Below, one piece after another: positions 26,398-36,148 of a stretch of DNA of 64,000 bases. A model generated the notes under the pieces. It searched no databases and had not been told where the DNA came from. It saw only the letters and a list, made by a program, of their open reading frames with translations. This DNA comes from an uncultured Bacillales bacterium. GTDB lineage: Bacteria > Bacillota_I > Bacilli_A > RFN20 > CAG-826. The first letter of the stretch is position 1, and each line of letters begins with the position of its first letter. Made by a program: the position numbers and the translations under genes. The stretch is taken from the NCBI GenBank assembly GCA_946647665.1, contig CAMPCW010000001.1:4084-68083 (forward strand), in the 5' to 3' direction.

Positions 26398-29300
26398 GTT
26401 TATTCCTTCTAAAGAACAAGAGTTAGCAGTATCTGCGGTTGGTAAGAATTATCTAATTTCCGCTGGGGCAGGAAGTGGAAAAACAGCAGTACTTTGTGAA
26501 CGTATCTATAGATTAGTTAAAAAAGAGGGTCGACTTGATAACTTCTTGATTTTAACTTTCACTAACTTAGCTGCTAGTGAAATGAAACAAAGAATAAGAG
26601 CCAAACTCTCTGAAGATCCAGAGACTCAAAAGTTTGCGGTAGAAGTGGATAACGCCCACATTGAAACATTCGACTCATTCTATTTATTCATTGCTAGAAA
26701 ATATTTCTATGCTTTAGATATATCTAAAGATATTTCTATTATCGATAATGCGATTATTGAAATTAAACGCCGTCAAATGGTGGATACCATATTTGAAGAG
26801 TTAGCCACTAATAAAGACAAAGACCTTATTGAGTTAATGAGATTATTCTCGCTTAAGAACAATAATGATCTTAAAGAATTTGTCTTAAAAGTGTTAACCG
26901 CTGCAGATAACAAGATTGATAAAGAAGCGTATTTTAATTCTTTAGAAAACGATTTCAAGGACGATAAATATGTTGCTTCTATTATCAATGATTACGAGTC
27001 ATTAATTAGAAAGAAAATCCTCTTCTTAATTAACAAGATTAAGACTGTCGATTTAATTAACTTAGATGACGTCTCTACGATGTGCGATTACTTATATGAC
27101 TTACTAGAGAAAGATAGCTATAGTAGTTTAATTGAAGAAATCAAAACAACTTCTTTCCCAAAGAAGCCACGTGGAGAAGAAGAAAACGTTGAAGTAAGAA
27201 GTGGAATCGCTAAATTCTATAAAGATAACATCAACGCTGATTATCCAACTGAAGAAGAAATTAAAGCGGCAATAGTCGAGAATAACAAGCATATACCCGT
27301 GCTAATGCGTGTTATTCGTCAAATTAACGCTCAAATTGATGAGTTTAAAAAACAGAAGAACGCTTATAGCTTTGCGGATATTTCTCGACTTGTATTAAAA
27401 CTTTTTAAAGATCCAAGTGTCGTAGATGAAATCAAAAATCAATTTGATTACATCATGGTGGATGAATATCAAGATACGAACGACATACAAGAAAGTGTGT
27501 TAAATATTATCGCTAAAGATAACGTTTATATGGTGGGGGATATCAAACAATCTATCTATAAATTTAGAAACGCGGATTGTGAGATTTTTAACCGTAAATT
27601 TAATGACTATAAAAAACATTTAGGTGGAGAAGAAATCGACTTAAATAAATCCTTTAGAAGCCGTATTGAAGTTGTTGATTATATTAACGACTTATTCTCT
27701 AAAATTATGGTTCCAGAGATTAATCCAATCGATTACTCTAACGGACATCATTTTGGATTTGGTAGAACCGAATACGGAACTAATAACTCACTCTATGATA
27801 CCGAAGAATATCACTACGAGTATGAGTATAGTTCTGATGCTTTAGAAAAAGAAACGTCTATGGTGGTTAATGACATCGTCGATAAATATAACAATAAGTA
27901 TCCAGTCTACGATTTAGATAGTCACGAAATTAGAGACATTGATTTTAAAGACTTTGCAATTATCGTTGACCGCGAAAGTGAATTTGATGATTTTGCTAAA
28001 GCCCTTGCTAGTGCAGGAATCCCAGTTAAGTCGTGCGGCAAAGAAAAACTCATGACCAGTGACATCATTGTTACTATCAAGAACTTGGTTAAGCTCTTAT
28101 ATCTAGCACTTAACGATCAGCAAGATAGTAGTGACTATAAACATGCCTATTTATCAGTAGCAAGAAGCTTCTTAATTGAAGAGAGTGACCAAGACTTATA
28201 TGAAACCTTTAAAAATGAAGATTACTCTAAAGTTTTAGTAACTCCACTTGGTCAAAAGATTGAACTAATTAAAGAAAAACTCCGCTTTGCTTCTTTAGAA
28301 GAAGTGATGAATGTTTTATATAAAGAATTTAAACTCTATGACAAAGTCATAAAGATTGGAAATTACTATGCAAATGTCCATAAAGCAGAGTCACTATTAA
28401 AGTATGCTTCTCAAATGGATTCGTTAGGAATGAGTTTAACTGATTTAGTGGACTACTTTGATAACTTATCCAACTATGAACTTGATATTGAATATCGTGA
28501 CTCTGATTCTCAAGAAAACTCGGTGACATTAATCAATATCCATCAATCCAAAGGTTTGGAGTATAACGTTATTTATTATCCTAGACTCAATAGGCAGTTC
28601 AACTTATCTTCTTACCAAGAGAAGTTTGCTGTTTCTAAAAAGTATGGCTTATTATTCCCAGTGGATCACTTAGTTACTAGTGAGCTAAATAACTATTTAG
28701 GAAGAAGTGCAGACCTTGAAGAAAAGATTAGACTTCTATATGTTGCCTTAACTAGAGCGAAGCAGAAGATTATTCTTCTATTTGGTCATAAAATTACTAA
28801 CTCAATTACCTATAACATGCCTTATAAATCTGATTCGTTCTTAAAAATCTATGATTTAGCGGGTTTAGGTAATAAATACGTTAAAAAATATGAGTTAGGT
28901 GATGCTCCTTTAACTTTAAAGTTAAAAGAAGAAAAGAAGTGTGAACTACTTACAATTGATATTAAAAAGATAAATGCTTTAAGCGAAGTTAAAGAAAAGA
29001 AGAAGGCCTCTAAAGAAGTGGTTAAAGTTGATGAATCACTCCTTAGATTTGGTACAGAAGTCCACGCTTTACTTGAAGGATTAAACTTATCTAAAAAGGA
29101 CACAAGTTATATTAAAGATAGTCGATTTAGAAGGATCGCTAATAACATCATTAATAATGATCTTTTCAAGGGAGTCACTAATGAACAGGTAAGACATGAG
29201 TTCTCTTACTACGATAAAGAAAATAACGTATATGGTGTTATCGACTGTTTGATTATTAAAGATGATGAGATTGATATCATCGATTTCAAATTAAAGAATA

Positions 29301-29431
29301 TTGCCGAGGAAGATTATGATAAGCAACTTAAAACCTATAAAGCTTATATCTCTTCTATCAGCGATAAACCAATAAAAATGTATCTTCTTGCTGCGTTAAC
29401 AGGAGAAGTGAGGGAGGTTAAAGATGAGTAG
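26390..29431 (+). CDS. addA: AddA/RexA ATP-dependent helicase/nuclease subunit A (UvrD-like SF1 helicase plus C-terminal nuclease)
   Basis: Walker A AGAGSGKT, UvrD motifs (VDEYQDTN, NFRS) and a C-terminal GVIDCLII...IIDFK nuclease motif. Confidence 0.85.
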   Translation: MSKFIPSKEQELAVSAVGKNYLISAGAGSGKTAVLCERIYRLVKKEGRLDNFLILTFTNLAASEMKQRIRAKLSEDPETQKFAVEVDNAHIETFDSFYLFIARKYFYALDISKDISIIDNAIIEIKRRQMVDTIFEELATNKDKDLIELMRLFSLKNNNDLKEFVLKVLTAADNKIDKEAYFNSLENDFKDDKYVASIINDYESLIRKKILFLINKIKTVDLINLDDVSTMCDYLYDLLEKDSYSSLIEEIKTTSFPKKPRGEEENVEVRSGIAKFYKDNINADYPTEEEIKAAIVENNKHIPVLMRVIRQINAQIDEFKKQKNAYSFADISRLVLKLFKDPSVVDEIKNQFDYIMVDEYQDTNDIQESVLNIIAKDNVYMVGDIKQSIYKFRNADCEIFNRKFNDYKKHLGGEEIDLNKSFRSRIEVVDYINDLFSKIMVPEINPIDYSNGHHFGFGRTEYGTNNSLYDTEEYHYEYEYSSDALEKETSMVVNDIVDKYNNKYPVYDLDSHEIRDIDFKDFAIIVDRESEFDDFAKALASAGIPVKSCGKEKLMTSDIIVTIKNLVKLLYLALNDQQDSSDYKHAYLSVARSFLIEESDQDLYETFKNEDYSKVLVTPLGQKIELIKEKLRFASLEEVMNVLYKEFKLYDKVIKIGNYYANVHKAESLLKYASQMDSLGMSLTDLVDYFDNLSNYELDIEYRDSDSQENSVTLINIHQSKGLEYNVIYYPRLNRQFNLSSYQEKFAVSKKYGLLFPVDHLVTSELNNYLGRSADLEEKIRLLYVALTRAKQKIILLFGHKITNSITYNMPYKSDSFLKIYDLAGLGNKYVKKYELGDAPLTLKLKEEKKCELLTIDIKKINALSEVKEKKKASKEVVKVDESLLRFGTEVHALLEGLNLSKKDTSYIKDSRFRRIANNIINNDLFKGVTNEQVRHEFSYYDKENNVYGVIDCLIIKDDEIDIIDFKLKNIAEEDYDKQLKTYKAYISSISDKPIKMYLLAALTGEVREVKDE

Positions 29432-30536
29432 AAAATTATCTAAAGAAGAATTTATCACTAGTCTTAAATTTTTAAATAATGAAAAAGACTTAAAAACAGA
29501 TTTCTTATTTGAAGTTTATTCTTTTGTTTTTGATGGATTAAGTGACATTTCAAGTTCTAAAGAAACTGGTCGATCTTTTGATGTCAATAATAGTGAACTT
29601 GTCTTTTATATTTTAGGGGAATATTTATATTCTGTTCGCGGATTAAACGAAGAACAAATTAATAAATTTGTTGGAAACGAAAAAATCAAAGATTCAATGT
29701 GCAATGTGGTCGCTGATAAATATATTTCGTTATCAATTTATAACTACGAACAAAGCCGCTTAACAAACAAATTTTTCCCTCCGATTTCTTCAATGGATCT
29801 ATATGTTAATTTGATGCTTAACATTTTAAGTAATGGGCAGATCAAAGATAAGAGCAACGCTTTATTAATTGACTTCTTAAATAAGACTCTTTCTATTGCA
29901 AGATGTATTCTAAAACAGTTATGTGATGGCTATGAGACTGAAGCCTTTGCTTTATGGCGAACTTTACACGAGTGTGAATGTGTTTTAATTCTTTTGGATA
30001 AATATAAAGATCCTCTTATCTCTACTTATGTCAAACATATGCAATATGGGATGATCTTTAAACAAGGTGAAACTGATAATGAACTTAACAATAAAATCTT
30101 TGCTCAACTAAAAGAAGAGATGAGACATTATGAACTTAAAAGCAAGGACATGAAAAAATTCATTGAATATGGTTGGCTTTTATCCATTCCTGATGTGAAT
30201 AAGATTGATAACTTTAAGCTCAACTTTAGAGATGGAGTGGAGACTTTAGCAGGATTACATGACTATAGTGATATTTATATGACCAGTAGTGAAATTCTAC
30301 ATGGCTCTCCAATGCTCATTTATAGCAATAAGACTTACTTTCACATGTTAACAATTATTAATTTATATGAATCATTCTTTAGAATTGAAAAAGTGTTTGA
30401 ATCATTGTTCTTCCCTAAAATTAATGAAGGGGCCAGAAATAAATATTTAGAAATGAAAAAATTATACTTCTCGCATTTAATATCAATTCATAAAAGAGAA
30501 TTGGACGCCTTCAAAAATTACACGAGAAAAAAGTAA
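29424..30536 (+). CDS. Hypothetical protein translationally coupled to addA
   Basis: 370 aa. The ATG lies inside the addA stop region (ATGAGTAG, an 8 nt overlap). The composition is all-alpha-like and it has no recognisable family. Confidence 0.65.
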   Translation: MSRKLSKEEFITSLKFLNNEKDLKTDFLFEVYSFVFDGLSDISSSKETGRSFDVNNSELVFYILGEYLYSVRGLNEEQINKFVGNEKIKDSMCNVVADKYISLSIYNYEQSRLTNKFFPPISSMDLYVNLMLNILSNGQIKDKSNALLIDFLNKTLSIARCILKQLCDGYETEAFALWRTLHECECVLILLDKYKDPLISTYVKHMQYGMIFKQGETDNELNNKIFAQLKEEMRHYELKSKDMKKFIEYGWLLSIPDVNKIDNFKLNFRDGVETLAGLHDYSDIYMTSSEILHGSPMLIYSNKTYFHMLTIINLYESFFRIEKVFESLFFPKINEGARNKYLEMKKLYFSHLISIHKRELDAFKNYTRKK

Positions 30537-30541
30537 AAGAA

Positions 30542-30573
30542 AACGGTTACAAAATGTAACCGTTGTTTTTTTG
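30542..30573. terminator. Bidirectional Rho-independent terminator (AACGGTTA-CAAAATG-TAACCGTT followed by a T-run)
   Basis: A perfect 8 bp stem flanked by an A-run and a T-run, between two convergent genes. Confidence 0.6.
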
Positions 30574-30584
30574 TTTGCTGTCTA

Positions 30585-32225
30585 TTACACGTCAGCGTAA
30601 CAAGAACCACCAATGAATTCTCTTAAGATGGAATTACATGGGACCCATTCATCAGACATATCATCGAAGAATTTAAGCATTCTGATTAATCTTTCCGCAA
30701 CTGGGAAGTATGGGTTTTCTACTTCGATTGCTTGAAGTAGTGGCATAGCATATTTCTTCATGACTGATAATTCTTCTGGTAAGAAACTATTGAAGACGAA
30801 GTTAGCGCCTTCTTGAGTTTTATAAATCCATTTGAATTCGCCTTTTCTAACACTGGCCCACATTGACATTGTTTCAATCGCAGAGCTACCTCTAAATTGG
30901 TAGTCTCTCACAATTCTTCTTAATAATCTTAAGTCAGTAAGACTTAGTGGGTTATGATTATCGATATTGATTTGTCCTTGTGGGGCAATAAAGATTTTAA
31001 ATTTTTGGTGTTGTGGAATGGATTCGGTCATTCTGTCGTTAAGAGCGTGAATACCTTCAATGATGATTGGTTGGTTGTCAGGAACTTTTAAGGTTCTGCC
31101 TTTAACTCTATGTCCAAGTTTGAAATCAAATTTTGGTAATTCAACTTCTTCTCCAGAAATGAGATCCGCCATATTTTCGTTAAATAAAGCAACATCAAGA
31201 GCGTCGACAGCTTCTAAATCTGGTTCACCGTTTTCATCTTTTGGTGCTTGATCTCTTGGCAAATAGTAGTCATCCATAGAAATACGGATTGGATCGATAC
31301 CACGGGATAATAATTCAATTCTTAATCTATTAGCGAATGTGGTTTTTCCTGAACTAGATGGTCCAGCGATACAAATAAGTCTAATTTCTTCTTTGTTATC
31401 TTCCACTAATTGACCAAGTTCACATAATTGACGGTTATGTCTTTGTTCGCCAAGAGTGATGACATCGATATCTCCATCTTTTTCAATACGGTGGTTGATA
31501 TTAACGATGCTATCAAATCTAGTAGCGACAGCCCATTGATGGGCTCTTTTTAATGTGCGACCAAAGGTTGGGGCTTCTTCAAATGGTGGAATTTCTCCTC
31601 CAACTTCTGGACGAGGATATTGAATAACAATACCTGGGTGATAGTATTTGAGTTTCCACTTATTGACATAGCCAGTAGATGGGACCATACGGTTGTACAT
31701 ATAGTTTTTATAACCATTACAATCATATAAGTGACATGTCTTTTCTGGTCTATATTGGATAATTTCAACCTTATCTTTATATCCTTCTTTTGTGAATACT
31801 TTTTTGGCTTCTTCTTTTGAGACGATAGATCTTACAAGTGGATAGTCTTCTTTGACAATTCTTTCCATTTCTTTTTCAAGTTTAGCCACCATTTGTGGAT
31901 TAACCACAATACCTGGGGTTAATACTTGTAAGAAGATACTTCTAGAAACGTTATAAGAAAAACGGATATCCGCTTTTGGTAAGATATTTCTCATAGCCAT
32001 AGCGACAATAAATCTTAAGCTAGCTTCATATGTTGGTTTGGCATCTCTATCTTTGACAGTTAAGGCAACGACGGTGGAATCAGCTTCCATGACATAAGTT
32101 AATTCTCTAACACGATTATTAACATATGCACAGACGATATCTCTACTTTTTCCGACAACATCTAACACTGAAACTGGCTTATCATAAGTTTTGACTGCGC
32201 CATTAAAAGTTATGTTGAATGACAT
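30585..32225 (-). CDS. Uridine-kinase-family protein fused to N-terminal ThrRS/TGS-like domains
   Basis: P-loop IAGPSSSGKTT and a udk-like SMDDYY motif. The N-terminal 250 aa resemble the ThrRS N-terminal/TGS region. The ATG at 32225 has an AAGGAGGAG RBS 6 nt upstream; the track ORF is longer. Confidence 0.75.
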   Translation of the reverse strand: MSFNITFNGAVKTYDKPVSVLDVVGKSRDIVCAYVNNRVRELTYVMEADSTVVALTVKDRDAKPTYEASLRFIVAMAMRNILPKADIRFSYNVSRSIFLQVLTPGIVVNPQMVAKLEKEMERIVKEDYPLVRSIVSKEEAKKVFTKEGYKDKVEIIQYRPEKTCHLYDCNGYKNYMYNRMVPSTGYVNKWKLKYYHPGIVIQYPRPEVGGEIPPFEEAPTFGRTLKRAHQWAVATRFDSIVNINHRIEKDGDIDVITLGEQRHNRQLCELGQLVEDNKEEIRLICIAGPSSSGKTTFANRLRIELLSRGIDPIRISMDDYYLPRDQAPKDENGEPDLEAVDALDVALFNENMADLISGEEVELPKFDFKLGHRVKGRTLKVPDNQPIIIEGIHALNDRMTESIPQHQKFKIFIAPQGQINIDNHNPLSLTDLRLLRRIVRDYQFRGSSAIETMSMWASVRKGEFKWIYKTQEGANFVFNSFLPEELSVMKKYAMPLLQAIEVENPYFPVAERLIRMLKFFDDMSDEWVPCNSILREFIGGSCYADV

Positions 32226-32402
32226 AGTTCTCCTCCTTAAATAAACTAAGTGCACAATTATTGTAGTAAATTCAAAGGATATATTCAAATAAATATATTC
32301 ATTTGGTGATTTTCGATGCTATGTTGACCGATTTTTGTTGAATATTATTTTATTTAATAAGATAATATTGCTGGTAAATTTATTAAAAGAGGTATACGTC
32401 AT

Positions 32403-33605
32403 ATGAAAAACATGGTTTACATTCAATCCGGAGGACCAACATCTGTTATTAACACTTCATTATATGGAGCGATTAAAGAAGCGAAAAAACACACTGATGA
32501 AATTGATCACATTTATGGTTCTTTAAACGGCATTGAAGGAATGATCGACGACAAATTAATTGATATCGGTCAAGAAGATGAAGAACAAATCGAGTTATTA
32601 TTACAAACTCCAGGTAGTATTTTAGGAACTACAAGAAGAAAATTACCTAAAGATGTTCATGATCCAATTTATTTAAAGATTGTGGACACAATGAAAAAAC
32701 ATGAAATTAAATACGTCTTTGTTAATGGCGGTAATGATTCCATGGATACTTGTTATAAATTATCTTTATTAACTAAGGAATTAAATCTTGATGTAAGAGT
32801 CGTTGGTGTTCCTAAGACTATTGATAATGACTTAGCTTGTACTGATCACTCTTTAGGCTTCCCAAGCGCTGCAAAGTTTGTTGTTAATACTGTTAATGCT
32901 CTAAGCATGGATGCTTGCTGCTTTAAAGTTGGCAAAGTACACGTTGTAGAAATTATGGGAAGAAATGCTGGTTGGTTAACCGCTGCCAGTGATTTACTTC
33001 CAGAACAAACTAGACCACATCTTATTTACATCCCAGAAAATAAATTTGATTTAGAAAAATTCTTAGTAGATGTAAAGAAAGTATATGAAACTAAAGGCTA
33101 TGCGATGGTTTGTATTTCTGAAGGAATTGAATTCCCAAGAAGTAATAAAAACGCTAGAGTTGATGGTTTTGGCCATGCTCAACTTGGTGGTGCTGCTGCG
33201 GGATTATGCGAAATTATCGAAGAAAGACTTGATTTACCAACTAGAGCAGTGGAATTCTCTTTAACTCAAAGAGCATGCCCAATGTGCATTTCTAAAGTTG
33301 ATAGAGAAGAAGCTATTAAGACTGGCGAAACTGCAGTCAAAGCTGCTTTAAAAGGTGTCACTGGACAAATGGTGGTCTTTAAAAGAGTTAGTCAAACTCC
33401 ATATAAGATTGAATATCAATTAGCAGATTTATCTTTAGTCGCTAATGCTGAAAGCGTGATTAAACCATCAATGATGGTGGATGATACTAGAATGAGTGAC
33501 GAGTTACGTGATTATATTGCTCCACTTATTGAAGGTGAAGTCGAACTCAAAACCAAAAACGGTATTGTCACGATGGCAAATTGGAAGAAAGTTTTAGTTA
33601 AATAA
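32403..33605 (+). CDS. pfk: 6-phosphofructokinase (PFK-A family, probably PPi-dependent type)
   Basis: N-terminal SGGPTSVIN, and GGNDS at the position that reads GGDGS in ATP-dependent enzymes and GGDDS in PPi-dependent ones. The AAAGAGGT RBS is present. Confidence 0.8.
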   Translation: MKNMVYIQSGGPTSVINTSLYGAIKEAKKHTDEIDHIYGSLNGIEGMIDDKLIDIGQEDEEQIELLLQTPGSILGTTRRKLPKDVHDPIYLKIVDTMKKHEIKYVFVNGGNDSMDTCYKLSLLTKELNLDVRVVGVPKTIDNDLACTDHSLGFPSAAKFVVNTVNALSMDACCFKVGKVHVVEIMGRNAGWLTAASDLLPEQTRPHLIYIPENKFDLEKFLVDVKKVYETKGYAMVCISEGIEFPRSNKNARVDGFGHAQLGGAAAGLCEIIEERLDLPTRAVEFSLTQRACPMCISKVDREEAIKTGETAVKAALKGVTGQMVVFKRVSQTPYKIEYQLADLSLVANAESVIKPSMMVDDTRMSDELRDYIAPLIEGEVELKTKNGIVTMANWKKVLVK

Positions 33606-33994
33606 TGAAATCCATTTTCCAAATTGAAAGAAATCTTCGTGTGGCCTTATTTGTGGCTTTATTAACTGTTGTTGCGATTATTTCTTCGATCTACTGCTTC
33701 TTTATTAATTTTATGGAAGTCCCTCTAGGTTTTGCTCTTGGGGGAGTGATTGTTTCTAGCTTATATTTGGTTGGACATTTTCTATATCAAATCGATGTTA
33801 AAAATGGAGAAGTCAAATATTCAATCCTGATGACTGGCATTAGAAACATCATTTTGATTTCTTCAATTATTATCTCTGCCCTTATGTATTATCGTTGGGG
33901 CATCAAATTATTTAATATCTTTGCTTATATAGGTATTTACACTGGTGGCATGATTATTTACGTAGTCGACCACCTTGTTGTTAAAAATAAGTAG
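33605..33994 (+). CDS. atpI: Small hydrophobic protein, probably AtpI (ATP synthase protein I)
   Basis: 129 aa with about 4 TM helices, sitting directly upstream of atpB. Confidence 0.45.
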   Translation: MKSIFQIERNLRVALFVALLTVVAIISSIYCFFINFMEVPLGFALGGVIVSSLYLVGHFLYQIDVKNGEVKYSILMTGIRNIILISSIIISALMYYRWGIKLFNIFAYIGIYTGGMIIYVVDHLVVKNK

Positions 33995-34009
33995 AAAGGA
34001 GAACGAGTA

Positions 34010-34792
34010 GTGGGAGTTGTCTTAAGTGGCACTGATGATATAGTAAAAAGATTTTTAGATACATCTAGTGGCCTCTCTGGAGAAACAATTTCCTCCCTAA
34101 TTTTAATAGGGATTATTTCTCTATTGGCAATTTATATTTGCATTCGTTCTCGTTTTGCTGATCCACTTAAAAAGCCAAAAGGAATTCTCTTCCTTGCTGA
34201 AGTAGGAGTTAACTTCTTTGATGGTTTAGTAGAGTCACTCATGGGTCCTAGATATCGCGGCTTTGGCGGCTTTATCATGGCGATTGCTGTCTATTTATTT
34301 TTAGCGTTTATTTGGGGTTTAACTGGTTTTCCTGCTCCAGTAACTTATTTAGCTACCCCGTTATCTTTAGGGTTAATTACGTTTGTTTTAATACACGCTA
34401 ACTCTATTAGATTTACAAAATTCCGCTATTTCAAGCGCTATATTGAGCCAATTCCGTTATTTTTACCAATTAACTTAATTTCTATGTGGGCACCTTTGCT
34501 TAGTTTAACAATGCGTTTATTTGGTAACGCTTTAGCGGGTTGGACTTTAATGACTTTACTTTACGCTGCTCTTAACGGTATTGGAGGTACAGTTATTGAA
34601 GCTGCAGGTCACGCTATGGGGGCAGGTAGTTTTGTCGCTCCAATTATCACCCCAATTTTACATGCCTATTTTGATTTATTCTCAGGCTTAATTCAGACTG
34701 TTGTCTTCCTCTTCTTATCGATGATTTTCATCGCTAATGAAGGACCAGAAGATGATGATATACAAGAACTTTCAGTGAAAGGAGGAAATTAA
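34010..34792 (+). CDS. atpB: F0F1 ATP synthase subunit a
   Basis: The conserved arginine helix motif LTMRLFGNALAG. GTG start with an AAGGAGAA RBS. Confidence 0.85.
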   Translation: MGVVLSGTDDIVKRFLDTSSGLSGETISSLILIGIISLLAIYICIRSRFADPLKKPKGILFLAEVGVNFFDGLVESLMGPRYRGFGGFIMAIAVYLFLAFIWGLTGFPAPVTYLATPLSLGLITFVLIHANSIRFTKFRYFKRYIEPIPLFLPINLISMWAPLLSLTMRLFGNALAGWTLMTLLYAALNGIGGTVIEAAGHAMGAGSFVAPIITPILHAYFDLFSGLIQTVVFLFLSMIFIANEGPEDDDIQELSVKGGN

Positions 34793-34795
34793 TAT

Positions 34796-35014
34796 ATGGG
34801 AAATGCATTAGCTGCTGCAATTGCGATTTTAGCTGTTATGCCATCAGCCTTAGGTGAAGCTTGGGTTTGTGCTAAGACTGTTGATGGAATGAGCCGCAAT
34901 CCAGAAATGTATGGAAAATTAAGAACCAATATGATTCTTGCTTGTGCGCTTGTTGAAACAACCGCTATTTATGCATTATTAACTGCTATTTTAATTATTT
35001 TCGTCGCCAAATAA
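34796..35014 (+). CDS. atpE: F0F1 ATP synthase subunit c
   Basis: 72 aa, a two-helix hairpin with the conserved carboxylate (ALVET). Confidence 0.9.
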   Translation: MGNALAAAIAILAVMPSALGEAWVCAKTVDGMSRNPEMYGKLRTNMILACALVETTAIYALLTAILIIFVAK

Positions 35015-35024
35015 GGAGGGTAAC

Positions 35025-35606
35025 ATGAAGAGAAGAAAATTAATTTTCTTACTTCCAGCATTTTTACTACTCACCAGTTGTGATGTTTCTGGAGAACTTA
35101 ATTCGGAAACATTCTTAGCAAAACTTATTCCTAACTGGGTATCTTTTGTAGTGCAACTTGCGGCGTTACTCGTCCTTATTTTAATAGTGGTCATCTTTGC
35201 TTATAAACCAGTAAAGAAGATTATTAAGAAAAGACAGGATTACATTGAATCTAACATCAAGGAAGCAGAAGAAAGTAAAGCTGTCTGGAAAGAAAATGAA
35301 TTGAAATCCAAAGAAACTGTCCTTGCTAGCGATAGGACGGCGGCTAATATCGTTGCCGAAGCCAAAGCTAACGCTGTTATAGAACGAAATAAGATTCTTG
35401 AACAAACTCAAGAGGATGTGACAAGAATGAAGCTTGAAGCAGAAAACGATATCGCTCGAATGGAACTCGAAGCCCAAGATAAGATTAGAAAAGAAATTGT
35501 CTCAGTGGCTTTAGATGCGTCCAAAGAGTTACTAGGAAGAGAAGTATCTTCTGAAGATAATAACCGTTTACTTGAAGAATTTATTGAGGATGTGAAGAAA
35601 GACTAA
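35025..35606 (+). CDS. atpF: F0F1 ATP synthase subunit b (with a lipoprotein-type signal peptide)
   Basis: The N-terminus MKRRKLIFLLPAFLLLTSC has a lipobox, followed by one TM helix and a long charged coiled coil. Confidence 0.8.
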   Translation: MKRRKLIFLLPAFLLLTSCDVSGELNSETFLAKLIPNWVSFVVQLAALLVLILIVVIFAYKPVKKIIKKRQDYIESNIKEAEESKAVWKENELKSKETVLASDRTAANIVAEAKANAVIERNKILEQTQEDVTRMKLEAENDIARMELEAQDKIRKEIVSVALDASKELLGREVSSEDNNRLLEEFIEDVKKD

Positions 35607-35608
35607 TT

Positions 35609-36136
35609 ATGAAAGAAATAACTTCACGATACGCTGAGGCGCTATATTCTTTAAAGAAAGATGAAAACTCGTTAGAGTCTAGTCAAATAGAGATTAAAGA
35701 ATTAATCAAGGTTTTAAAAGAAAACCCAGATTTCTTAGTGCTTTTAACTTCCTCATATAAAGAATTCGAAGAGAAAGAACAAATTATTGATCAGGTCTTT
35801 ATAGGGGTAGATGAAGAAATTAGAACCCTAATGAAGATTGTGGTAAAAAATCACCGCGGACAATATTTACTCGAAATCTTTGAAAACTATAATTCTTTAG
35901 TGAACGAATATCGTGGAGTGTATGAAGGCTTAGTGTACTCTACTGAGCCACTTAGTGAACGACAATTAGAAAAACTTAACTTCGCAATCGGGGAGATGGA
36001 AACGCGACCTGTCGAACTGAAAAATATTATTGATCCTAGCTTAATCGGCGGGGTCAAAGTCGTGATTAATGACCATATTTATGATGGTTCTATTAAACGT
36101 CATATCGATGATATGAAAATAGCCTTACTTAAATAA
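35609..36136 (+). CDS. atpH: F0F1 ATP synthase subunit delta (OSCP)
   Basis: Its position in the operon and the OSCP-like sequence, including the N-terminus YAEALYSL. Confidence 0.8.
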   Translation: MKEITSRYAEALYSLKKDENSLESSQIEIKELIKVLKENPDFLVLLTSSYKEFEEKEQIIDQVFIGVDEEIRTLMKIVVKNHRGQYLLEIFENYNSLVNEYRGVYEGLVYSTEPLSERQLEKLNFAIGEMETRPVELKNIIDPSLIGGVKVVINDHIYDGSIKRHIDDMKIALLK

Positions 36137-36148
36137 GGAGGTATTTAT

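Noticed and set aside
34991-35477. Antisense ORFs of 67 and 98 aa across atpE/atpF
   Set aside because: They are antisense to highly conserved ATP synthase genes and are low-complexity, Ser/Phe-rich frame artefacts.
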